A stretch of 62,361 nucleotides of DNA, the filler included, from Dugesia japonica (lineage: Eukaryota): NCBI GenBank assembly GCA_001938525.1. It is 5 parts of 5 records of this genome, joined end to end, with 100 filler letters (N's around TTAATTAATTAA, not from the genome) between each part and the next. Parts side by side here need not be neighbours in the genome. Positions count along the whole stretch, not along the records: positions 47,781 to 62,361 come from MQRL01641446.1; 4 more parts are not named here. One strand, 5' to 3'. Shown one piece after another: positions 49,846 to 61,300 of this stretch. Under the pieces are notes generated by a model that saw nothing but the letters and a program-made list of their open reading frames with translations, was not told where the DNA came from and did not search any database. Every line of letters begins with the position of its first letter. The stretch's first letter is position 1. The translations under genes and the position numbers were made by a program.

Positions 49846-50940
49846 TCAAGATTTAATGTTAACTTTTCTAAAATTTAACGTTAAATGAGTTTTTGATTCT
49901 TCTGCAAAGTTGAATAGTTTTCCACTATTATCACATATATTGATTTCTATATTGTTTATAAATGATGAGGAAATTGGTAAATACATTGGATTGTCAACAT
50001 TTATTTGAACTAATTTATCATTCATTTGTTCTTCTATCCATACTGATTTCAATAAAGGAACATTAACATCACCAACAGTAATAGGTTCAACAATACTACA
50101 ATAGATGAACATTTCATTATGACACTTTAATATTCTAGATTTCTCATTACTTTCATATTGTAGTTGTTCATCATCATGATGTATTCGAGTATATTGAGAT
50201 TCATTTAATCCTAGTGATTTTATTAAGATTTTATTGAATCCAACACTTTTAGTTCTACTCGACAATGTAAATTCAAATAGCTCATCTTAATTAAATTTGA
50301 AAGTTTCAAATAACATTGAAAGGTTTTTTTAATGTATTAATTTAGTTGTTTTAAATTTCTTTTATATACAAATCGGTTTCAAATTGAAAAGAGTGTTTAG
50401 TTCAGTTGCATAATAATATTTAATTTTTATTTTTTCAACAGAATCATCGTTTTTAAAGTCATGAAAGAGAATCGAAAAAACCTTTTGATCATCGAAAGTT
50501 ATCCTACTATACTTTCTATTAACTTTCCTTCTACCATATGTAAATCTTACCAAGTTTTCAAAAGTATCAAATGATAAACTGTGGAATTTAATATCAATAC
50601 TAAAGGTTATCTTATTTTTCTTAAATTTTATATCGGTTTCTGTATTATTTTTATATTTATCTTGAGAATTAACAGTTAAAAGAACCTTTTTCTCTTTGTT
50701 GTTAACTTCAAGTATTAGTTCTTTCTCAATTGGTTTAAATAATTCATATTCAATCTTTGCTTGACTGTGAATGTATATGTCTGAATATATAAAGGTGAAA
50801 GCCATCATGGCAACTTCTCAATTACCATCCATGTAAATTGGATTTTGAAGCTCAACAATGTTATTACTAGCAGTTTTATTTGGATGAACTAACGGGCTAC
50901 TAATATTCGGTAACAGTGTATAGAAATTATTTGATGTCAT
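49846..50940 (-). pseudogene. Minor capsid protein (penton) with long central insert, disrupted
   Basis: N-terminus FYTLLPNISS...PNKTASN.IVELQNPI.MDGN*EVAM; C-terminus MFIYCSIVEPITVGDVNVPLLKSV..NPMYLP...INNIEINI.DNSG..F...HLTLNFRK. Confidence 0.88.
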
Positions 50941-51456
50941 CTGAATTTTTGTCTTGATTGACTATTTGTGATACTTATATGTTACTTTGTTTTATCCATA
51001 GCATTTTATATAGTATTGTTTATTCATTTCATTTGCTTTAAACCAGAAAATTCTTGCAAATCGTTTGAAAAAAACGACAAATATCAAAATTATACTTGTA
51101 AACTTTATTAATCTTTGAATATGGAATCATTTCCATTAGATAAATTTACTATAAATATGATTACCATTTGTTTTATATGCTCTTGTTGGAAATCTTTTCA
51201 ACAATGACTTCTTCAGGTTGTACACTAGTTGTCCAGATTACCACTTTTTCGATTTTATTTCGTTTTTTGAGATGCTTTCGATTTTTCTATGCTTCGGAAA
51301 CCTGCTGAACTTTTTGCATCCGTCTATATTGTCTTTATTTTAGTCTCCCTTACAACAATTTGGGGCAAATTTTAGATCAAAGTTAGGTAATGATTGCAAT
51401 CCATCCATTGTTCATGAGTTAATTATTAATATTGCTGTTAAAAAGTCAACCATTGT

Positions 51457-51778
51457 TTATTTGAAATGAGTTAAGCCTAATGCTCCCAATGCAATTGGTA
51501 GTAATGCTGCTATAAAGCTACCTCCTTGATTATTCATTACTCATCTCACTGATTGTCTATTTTTTGTGTTTACAAGTATTAATAAAGTTTTTTTTATGTT
51601 TTTTCAATGTTTCCGTTTTGGCTGCACTCAAATCTACATTACCACGAACAATATTTATAATAATTTCAAGTAAATCTTCTATTACATATGGTGGGAATGA
51701 TTTCAAAATTCTCGTTTCTAATAGGTTTTGATGATTTAATCAAAGCTGTAAAAACGGAATGCTTCTTTGTAATTTCAT
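51457..51778 (-). pseudogene. Small Polinton protein ending in QGG + amphipathic tail, decayed
   Basis: EIIINIVRGNVDLS...LKKHKK.L..L...NNQGGSFIAALLPIALGALG. Confidence 0.75.
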
Positions 51779-51787
51779 CTTTATTTA

Positions 51788-52051
51788 TTAAAATAATATA
51801 TACCTTTTATTTGTTAATGATAATATTGTTTTCGTTTTTATCATTCTCAGCTTCTTTCCACTTCTTTTTGCAAGTTTTTTAAACATATTCATTCGTTTCC
51901 TTTTATTTACTCGCTGCTTCCCATTTACATGATGTTTCTTATGCGTTTGTTTCTTCTTATTTTCATACATTTTCTTCTCAAAAGATACGTTTTGACGTTT
52001 TACAACACCATCAGTTACTTGATCAACTACAAATTTCTTTAATTTTGTCAT
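51788..52051 (-). CDS. Lys-rich basic hypothetical protein in the Polinton cluster
   Basis: ATG-started 87-aa ORF tightly packed between the ATPase and QGG genes. Confidence 0.5.
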   Translation of the reverse strand: MTKLKKFVVDQVTDGVVKRQNVSFEKKMYENKKKQTHKKHHVNGKQRVNKRKRMNMFKKLAKRSGKKLRMIKTKTILSLTNKRYILF

Positions 52052-52074
52052 TTTCCTTTAAATATTATGAAACA

Positions 52075-52685
52075 TTACCTATTTTGTTTAAATATTGTAA
52101 TACAATTTGGATTGAATATATCTGTTCCCACTCCATAGTCATCTGCACATTGTTGTGTAAAGTCATGAAATAGATATCCATGTGGTTTGTCTGTTGCATC
52201 TTGAAATGATTCAATAAGAAATTGTCTGTTATTTGAATATGCTTGTCTTGCTAGAAAATCAACAACAGTCTGATCTTTAGGATTTTTGAATAGAACCAAA
52301 TATTGTACGTTTAAATAAAGGGTTCTATGACCACCCCCTTGAAGAAATAGATTTTGAGTAATAAATATCACAGTCACATTATGATGTCTCGATATCTTTG
52401 TGAATAAATTATTGAAATCTTTTCTTTATTTGCCTCCTGATACAGATCATCAACAACAATAACATCATCTGTTCTTAGAATCAAGCAATTTATCACTTTC
52501 ATTTTAATATTATAAAATTCATATTTTGTCAGTCCATGTTCTTCATCGGCATCCTTATGTCAGTACATGTTTTTATATTTTGACCTGAATAACTTTGATT
52601 TCAATAACTGACATTCAAACAGAGTTTTACCACTATCACTAGGTCCAATAATTTGAAAGACTGCATCATTTCTTAATTTCTCCAT
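52075..52685 (-). pseudogene. A32/FtsK-like packaging ATPase, frameshifted
   Basis: Walker A FQIIGPSDSGKT, Walker B VIVVDDL, FTKISRHHNVTVIFITQNLF, YLVLFKNPKD, DATDKPHGYLFHD. Confidence 0.93.
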
Positions 52686-52793
52686 CTTGTTTTTCTTTAT
52701 TCATTACATTTATTACATTGTTTATATTTGTTTTAACGAATCAATTAAATTAACTCCATCAAAACCCCAATGTTCCTCATTTATTCATTAATT

Positions 52794-53212
52794 ATGATTA
52801 GCAATATTAATTACAGAGATGAAGTGTCGCTAGACGTAACACAGAAAATGAGCTTTCCTATAGGCAAACCATGTCAAGTTAAAGTCAAAATTGATAAATA
52901 TACAATTATTTTTTCAGATCTGGAAAATGTAGAATAATGGGATGTAAGAAATCATTGAAACCACATGATTTGAACCCCTATGATATCAAACATCTACAAT
53001 TGCAGTCACTGACAATAGTCGTAAATATGGGAGTTTCAATAAATTTGTATAAATTAGCAAGAATAGTCAACTGTTGGTTCGAACCAGAGTTATTTCTTGC
53101 TATAAAACTGGTAAAATATGACCCTTTATGTGTAAATGTGTTCTCAACAGGAAAAATAGTGATACTAGGGCTTAAAAATTTATATTTTCAAGAATATGTG
53201 AATCAACTTTGA
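52794..53212 (+). pseudogene. Compact TATA-binding-protein (TBP)-like gene, one 1-nt frameshift in the T run 52909-52914
   Basis: MISNINYR...KPCQVKVKIDKYTIIFF|RSGKCRIMGCK...INLYKLA...WFEPELFLAIKL..YDPLCVNVFSTGKIVILGLK: both TBP repeat signatures (IF.SGK....G.K; YEPELF...F.SGKIV..G.K). Confidence 0.85.
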
Positions 53213-53229
53213 CTTTTTTAAATTTTTTA

Positions 53230-54265
53230 ATGTATCATTGGTTATTTTTTGAGTAGAGCTGTTTGAAGAAGAACTTGCTTTGATGACAATTTCAATTGCA
53301 TGGAATAAATTGTTTGGACTTATGTTGTAACTGTCATCGATATGACCATCTTCACCACAACATCTTCAACAGTGTATTCTTTCTGACACAGTGCAATGAT
53401 TTCATCATCATCAATGACTTCTTCTGTTTGAATTATATCCTCTTCAACTATTATTTGGTCAAGCTCATTCTTGTGTGTCTTAAGAACGGGATCTGATGAC
53501 AAATTTTTTTCAGCATAAGATCCGTGAAGACCTGGAATAATCGCAACCTTTTCGAAACAATTTTTGATGGTTTCGTCCTTTACATCTTCCCAAGTTTTAT
53601 GGAGTATCAATATGGCTTTACTAAGATTAACAAAAAATGTTTTTGTTTGATCAAGCGAGTTCATGTAATCAACTACTAACATTTTTCTGTAATAATACTT
53701 GAAACCTTTTATTATACCTGCATCCATGGGGTGAAAATGAGCAGTTGAGTTCTTCTGAAGCATTATAACTTCAATATTTTGAAAACATTTCTTCAAGCTA
53801 TGACTTGGAACGTTATCAAAGAAGTAGATAAAATTTCTATTTGTATTTTCTCAGTTCCTCATTAAGATGCTGCACAAAACCATTAAACAGATCGGTGATC
53901 ATCCATGCTTTCGAATTTGCAACATTAAATCCTTTAAAATATCTTGTTATTTTGCTATGTCCAATAACAAAGGGTGTAATTTTAATTGATCTACTAGCAT
54001 TTGAACATAAAGCTATGGTTATTCTAACTTAAGATTGTTTTATGCTGTTTCTTTCACTTGATGAAATTTTCCTTGTAGGAAATTAAGTATATTAAGTATA
54101 ACTTGTGGGTCAATTCCTGCCAATTTTTCCACCATTTTTTTCTATGGTCTGAAACATCAATATCATTCATTGAATTCGCTTCTCCATGGAGAACATTCAG
54201 ATTAAATCAATTTTTGAATCTATAGAGCCATCCTTTGCTGAATTGCAAGTGTGCAAAGTTGAATT
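53230..54265 (-). mobile_element. Tigger/pogo transposase remnant (second copy)
   Basis: FSKGWLYRFK, LHGEA, RITIALCSNA, PFVIGHSK, NSKAWMI, FDNVPSH, NSTAHFHPMDAGIIKGFKYYYR, TIKNCF. Confidence 0.92.
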
Positions 54266-54669
54266 TAATGCTCGCTTCGGAGAAGTTCCAGACAGAAATT
54301 ATCCAATACAACAATTATTTTTGTTACGAGTGATTTAAAATAAATGTATTATCATTATTATTTAGTCTTTGTTTTATTTATTTAGTTTTATTTATTTTTA
54401 TTATTTATTTTATTTTATTTTTTTATTATTTTAAATGAATTCTGTAAAACGATCAATGGTTATGTCCAACAATTATTCTTGCAAAAATTGCAATTGTAAA
54501 ACAATCTAAACAAAAGTTAATAATAATATGAAAATAATAATAAATTACTTTATCTCCAATAATTCATTTATTTTTGTAATAAAAATTTAAATTGAGATAA
54601 AATAATTACCTTTTGTTAAGGTTTTAACAACTAGCCAAACAATTGCGAGAATGTATGAATGTATGTAAA

Positions 54670-55061
54670 AAGTGGCGTAACAACGGCTTGACATTTGGGC
54701 AGTTGCACAGCGCGCCGGCCCGCGCCTGTTCAAAAGGCCGTTGCTAAATATCTAATTTTTATTTAAATTGATATTTCACTTTTGGTCTTGTTTAGTATAA
54801 TGCCTACAAAGTTTTATTATTTAGTATTATTTAGTAAATAATAAACTGTAAATTAGTATTGTTAGTGTCTTTTGCATTTTTGATATCCACGTTGTATGAC
54901 TGTTACTGTCAAACTACGTAATTATTGTCATAAATAAAATAAGAGAAATCCAATTATTTTTTTCTAACAATTGTAAAAATCGCAAAGCTACAACTTGTTG
55001 ATTTGTCAAGGGCGCCGAAAATAAATTAGCCAAGGGCATCAAAAACCCAGTTACGCTCCTG
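54670..55061. mobile_element. hAT-type MITE
   Basis: TIRs AAGTGGCGTAAC / GTTACGCTCCTG; 8-bp TSD TATGTAAA / TATGCAAA (one mismatch); GC-rich subterminal GGGCGCC-type motifs. Confidence 0.75.
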
Positions 55062-55323
55062 TATGCAAATGATAATATTATATTCATTATTTTAGAATAT
55101 TACAAATTGGTTTTAAAATCCTCTAACATAATATGTCTGCAATATGTCGAATTATTTAGAAATTATTTTGAAATTCATTTCAAATGCTACAGATATTACG
55201 CTAAGGTATTTTAAATTAAATTGAAAGTTTTTTTTATATTACGTGTCAAAATAATAACAATAATGCGTACACAAACACATATTTTACGTTAAAAAGTATT
55301 TTCAAATATAATAAATTAAGATA

Positions 55324-55426
55324 TAATAAACAATATAGAAATTAATATACGCGCTGATGACGGAAAATTATTCAAGTTTGCAAAAGATTTAAAAACACAT
55401 TTAACTTTCCATTTTAAAAAACTAAA
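55324..55426 (+). pseudogene. Penton C-terminal fragment
   Basis: IINNIEINIRADDGKLFKFAKDLKTHLTFHFKK, homologous to ~49860-49960. Confidence 0.75.
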
Positions 55427-55660
55427 TGATAAATCCTGATATTGTTTCATTGTTTCATGGCACTAGTCAAGCATGGGAGAATTGCCTTACTTTCTTGGAA
55501 AACAGTATGGATCTAGTTGTTTGTGAACAATACGTAGATTTGCTTTACCAAATCTTTAACGTATTGGTTCATTTGGTATGGAAATTACACAAGATGTAAT
55601 AACTAATAATGGAAAATTACAATAAAATCCAATGTGTTAAAGGAAATTGGTGATGTAGTG
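55426..55660 (+). pseudogene. Polinton pVII-like core protein, decayed
   Basis: MINPDIVSLFHGTSQ/GELPYFLGKQYGS..L.TIRRFALP.L.RIGSFGMEITQDVI resembles the Q.G.G-containing core protein family. Confidence 0.55.
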
Positions 55661-55677
55661 TCTTCGCTACCTAATCC

Positions 55678-56236
55678 CATTTATTAGGATTAAGAAAGCA
55701 AAATGCAGTTTATCCTATAAGAACTAAGGAAATCGTTGTATTTGCAAGTACTAAAGATAGTTCATCGTTTTATAAAGAACAAATCTTTGGTAAACGAAGT
55801 TTAACTAATTTTATTCTAATCGCATTTCAAAATGGAGATCAATTTAATGGTAATTATAAAAGTTTTAGTTCAGCATTTCAACATCTCAATGCTATTTCCG
55901 TTTTCTTAACGTAAAACACTGATTATAGTGAAATATATACTCAAGACTTTGAACAAAAAAATTATAGCACATTGTATGTACAATGTATTGTTCGAAATAT
56001 GTGATATTTGGATAAGAATCTGAATTGTGGAATAACACTTGAGAAATTCAAAATTAAATGTTAATTTTGACAATTGCTCTTGCTCCAGATTTTGATATAA
56101 ATCAGAGTCAATTACCTCAAGATGGAAATTTCAGATTGAATATCGAGTTTGTTAAACCTATAACATCACGGGCATATGTTATCATTTATGGAGGAAAAGT
56201 AAATTCAAATTAATGCAAACAGAACAATATTAGTGA
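55678..56236 (+). pseudogene. Major capsid protein C-terminal half, second inverted copy
   Basis: KQNAVYPIRTKEIVVF..TKDSSSFYKEQIFG...FILIAFQNGDQFNGNYK...LAPDFD...GNFRLNIEF..P.....VIIYG; collinear with 48938-49470. Confidence 0.9.
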
Positions 56237-56247
56237 AAATCAATACC

Positions 56248-56650
56248 ATGCATACTTGATACATTTTTTATGCAGTAAGTCGTTTAATATTAAATTTTTT
56301 TAATTTACTAGATCCATTGATTGATCGGATTGGATCAAAGTTGCTTGGATCATCATGGCTAGATTTCTTTGCACTAGATAATATTTCAAATTATATTCCA
56401 GTGAATCAAGCCTTAATCTTCAATACCCATACATCAAATTTAGGTGAAGAACATTGGATAGATGTTTACAATAAATCTTCATAAATACTAGTATTTGATC
56501 CATTAGGATTGTATTATCCATCAATGTTAGTGATACACTTGTCGGAATGATCGAAACCAATGGTGTACAATAACATTTAATATCAAGATCATTTACTACA
56601 ACTTGTGAACATCACTGTATAATATTGTTTGAAAAACAACATTGTAGTTG
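56248..56650 (+). pseudogene. Adenain-like cysteine protease, decayed
   Basis: LIFNTHTSNLGEEHWI, VFDPLG, YNNI*YQD/FTTTCEHHC. Confidence 0.85.
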
Positions 56651-58317
56651 AAAAGAATTTTTGAATGTATTTGTTTTATAAAAAATATGTTTTTTATTGA
56701 AAAGTCTTGATTATTTATTTTATGTAAAGTACCTGAGAAAATATGCTTTATTTTGACTTTAGAATATTTCAAGTTATTTTACAATACCACAACGTAATGT
56801 CTGTATTTGTCGAAATTAATTAAAAATACCCAAACATAATACGTTACAGTATTTTAATTTAAAATAAAAATGATAATCACATCTGATTGGTTAGTTCATA
56901 AACCTATATAAATGAAAAATTCTAATTATTTTCTCACAATTTTCAAAATTCTTTACGAAACAGTGAACAATCAAAGCTAAAAGGAAATTTTATTATTTTT
57001 GTTTTATTTATTATTATTTATTTTTAAGATTACAATGGAAAACTGTTATAAACTGAAGATAATATACAATACAATTATGAATAAAGTAAATTTTTTATTA
57101 ATATTTATTAATTAATTAATCTGTTTATTTAGAATTTAAATGAATCTGATGACGAATTAGGAGGTNNNNNNNNNNNNNNNNNNNNNNNNNNNNNNNNNNN
57201 NNNNNNNNNNNNNNNNNNNNNNNNNNNNNNNNNNNNNNNNNNNNNNNNNNNAAAAAAAATTAACGTAATTATGAAGAAAAAATAAATATTTCATTTTATG
57301 AAATAATGTTATTATAATTAGTAAATTATTGTTATGAAAATGACTTTTATTACCTGATATTAAAATTACATAATTGTTTTAGATAACTGTAAATTATGCA
57401 AAAACTATTACTCAAGTGATACTATGGCCAAATGCTTTATGAGAAAAAGTTTTTGATATGTCCTAATTTTACAACATTATAATTAGATTAATATAAAAGT
57501 TTCTAAACGATCCATTTAGAACACCATTTGAGTTTTACTAAGAATAAGAAACATTTATTAAAATCCATTCTAGAAAGGAAGTTAAGAAAACAATTAGACG
57601 TACCGAATAAGAAAATTAAGTAGGAAGATGAAACCAAAGTTATTATTGTCAATGATGAACCAGAAGAAGATTGGAACAGTTTTGAAATCATTGATGAATT
57701 AGATGAAGAAGACNNNNNNNNNNNNNNNNNNNNNNNNNNNNNNNNNNNNNNNNNNNNNNNNNNNNNNNNNNNNNNNNNNNNNNNNNAAGATGTTGTTATT
57801 GCAAGAGATTTGTATCGTTGTCATCAAATCCTAAAAATTAATATATCATGTGGGAACGTAAATTAAACTATACTACCATAAAATTAGATTGTTCAACTGT
57901 TTAAGATTATTAAAGAATTAAAAGAAGTAAAAATTCAATTTGATATCATCCTAATAAACCCAATAAACCATTATACTCATTAAAATAATATACCCAATGA
58001 TGATATTAAAGGCTCCCGGGTATATTAACACATATTAATCCATCTATCTATTCTGGTAACTTAAGAGTTAAAATTCGCCAAACTTAAATCGTTGCTAATA
58101 AAAATATAGCAAATTAATAGTGTATACGTGTTTCTGATAAATCGTGATTAAATTATACAATATATGTGCATAATAAATGTATGTTAAGCAATAAAAATGC
58201 GGTACAGGTGCAAAAGTAAACAAAGATATTGCACTAATTTAATGAGTCATGAATATTATAACAAGAATTGACCTCATTTTTGGAAATATTTTTAAAATAA
58301 ATATATAAATTAAAAAA

Positions 58318-58381
58318 ATAATAATAATAACAATAATCATAATAATAATAATAATAATAATAATCATAATAATAATAATAA
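58318..58381. repeat. Imperfect (AAT)n microsatellite
   Basis: Direct reading. Confidence 0.9.
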
Positions 58382-61300
58382 TGTTGGGCTGAAACAGGCC
58401 AGTTAATAAAATAAATATTTAAACAAAAGCAAACTAGTGAAAAGAGAAGATAATGGTGTTCAAGCATAAATGAAGTGATAAAGGGAATAGAAAAGCGAAA
58501 AGAGATAATAAAGAATAAAATAAAATATCATCTTCAATAAATCGATAAATTAAATGAAAATTAAATTGAAAATTGAGAGAATTGAATAGAAAAACATAAT
58601 TAGAATAAAAGAAACAGATAAACATTGGTTATCGAAATAAATCAAAAGCTCGGAAATACTGTGAAAAGGTAAGATTAAATTATTATCGAGGAATTAAATA
58701 AATTCGAGACACAGTAATTATCAAATTAAAATATAATAAAAGAAGAAATTAGTAATAGAAATCAGATAGTGCTCAAGAAGATGATGAACCAAAAGGCTCA
58801 AATGATAGATTTCGAAAGGAAAAGAACAATAATTAAATAATAAATGAAGATCACGAAATGAAAAAGAATAATAATCCAATTATTAATTAATGAATACTTG
58901 ATACCAGAAATATTAAAGGAATATAATTCAATATGAAATGCTCAAAGAAATAATAATCCATAAACTAAAATCACGAATAATATAAATATGGCTCCCGAAA
59001 ATTAAAAAAATCGAATAAACCAAAATTAAATGTATGAGTTATATCAGGAAATGGTAAAGAAGAAATAATAAATGAAATAGAATTTGGAATGTGTGATATA
59101 TTATTATTTATAATTATATTTATGTTATAATAGTATAAATATGTTAAAAAGGATATTTAGAATATAATAAAATAATTAATGTAAGAAAGTAGGATTAAAA
59201 CAAAAGTATTTTAATAAAAGATTATATTAAAATTAATTGGAATTATTATAGAAAAGAAATATGAAAAAAATTGGAAAAATCATATCATTATAAAAAAAAG
59301 TGTTCAAATAATTAGCATGTAATATTATTATTATTATTATTTATAGTAAATATTATTAATTATGAAGAAGGAATCGGAATTAAGAAATCAGGATTGTATG
59401 TAATAAAAGATAATAAAAAGTTAATTTAAGATTTTGTAAAAATATTAAATTAATTACATTCATTCACGTATGTATCCCTATTTGTAATATTGAAGCAAAC
59501 TATCTAAAATTATTATTATTTTACGATAAATATTATTAAATTTATTTTTATTGAATAAATATTATTATTTATAAAGAAAGTATTTGAATTTTAAAATAAA
59601 AGTTATATATTTTAAAAGGGAATGAAAAGTTAAATTAAAATATAAAAATGATAAAAAATTATTTATATGTATTCATGTTAATATCCTTATTTATAAATGA
59701 AAAACAAGAAATCAAAAATTATTATTTTAGTGAAAAAATATTAAAATTTAAAACGATTCGTTCCGAATCGCTGATTACAATTTCTATTAGCACCAGTACA
59801 GGTCCAAACAAGATCATTGTTAGAGAAAAATTATATTCTGTGTCGGGTAAACACCGCACATCTTATGCTAAAAGAAAATTATGTGTATTGAGTGAGCACC
59901 AAACACACTCAGTGAATGTAGTATAAATGAATTATATGTATTCATGAGCACCGAGAAACACCGTGATCAATAAAATCTATGATGCCGACTGAGCACCGGT
60001 ATTCATATGAAAAAAAATAAATTACTATACAAATGAAAGAACACATCTGAAAATAAAAACATGTCTAAATTTAGACATTGTAAGCGAGGAAGAACTGAAC
60101 AATTCAATGAATTTAATAAAATTGAAGTGGGTACTTACACCACCTGTCACAAAGTGACGATAAATTTCTATATAAAAAGAATTGCAAATTTTCATAAAAT
60201 TAATCGTTTCAAAATCTCATAAATCTCTTAAAAATTGTGACTCTAGTTATCTTATTGTTATAAGTTACCAGTAGTTTTATATTACATTAAAAAGAACTCT
60301 CATGAAACGAACAGTACTTTTTATTTATTTAATTATTAAAATTATATGATCGGAAGACTGAGACAATGTTTATTGTTGACTGGCAGCGCTGGAAACGATG
60401 GACATCAGTGCTCAGAGATCCGAATGATTATGAGATTATCCATCATTATATTATATGAATCGTGAAAGATGTTATTATATTATGAGATGATATTATGATA
60501 TCAGAGGGGTTCATGAAAGATCATATGTAAAGCGAGTTAATAATGAGAGATGTTGATGGCAGAATGAACGAGACGTAGAGTACGAAAGCCAAAGTGGTGT
60601 AGTTATGAAAGTATTACTGATCGAAGATGGTGATGAGAGATGTGTTTTAAAAATGAAATAAGACGAATACGAATTGGGTTGTTGAATTCTAGAAAGAGAT
60701 ATGTCTCTATTTACTGATATGTGGTGGTTGAATTCTATCTAATGGTTATTCAGGTATTTACTTTTTGTACAATGATATTGTGGTTGTACCTGTAACGAAA
60801 TATTAATTTGAGGTTTGATTACAGATGAACTTTATTATTTATACCTATCGTTTATACCTAAAATTTTATAAAATATAATTTGATACTTTCTTATTTAGAA
60901 TTTTAATACAATAATGTAGAAGGATCATTTGTTATGATGAAGGAGATGAAGGTTTTCAAGGGGTGGCACCTAATGAATATAGATTATTACGGATTATGAC
61001 AACTACAAAACCTCAATTAATCACAGATTTATGAATTTATGTAGCTTATGTTAAATCATGAAAGTTTCACGAAGAAGATCTAACTCCTTCTACTGATGAC
61101 AAATGATCGGAGATCTGCGATAGTAACTTAGTTAATTAAATTTTTTATCAAATGATATTGTTATATAAGAAGCGGTTGAGATTGTTTAATATACTAATAT
61201 TGATTAAACGTTTATAATATTTAATACTCGAAATGTCTGTATAGTTAGATGTCACGTCATATAACCGAGACAACGGGAAAATATTCGCTAAGCAACGAGG

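Noticed and set aside
52905-52917. TTTTTTCAG as splice acceptor making the TBP-like sequence a host exon
   Set aside because: TBP repeat-1 similarity continues upstream across the site after a 1-nt correction, and the sequence is too diverged for host TBP; not formally excluded without RNA data
55354-55385. CTGATGA hammerhead core
   Set aside because: No properly placed GAAA or stems; lies within penton coding sequence
38411-56650. One complete Polinton spanning scaffolds D and E
   Set aside because: An artificial spacer lies at 47681-47780, and each side has its own dissimilar ATPase, penton and protease
59090-59110. TGTGATATAT as another LTR start
   Set aside because: No clean polypurine tract and no matching inverted end found
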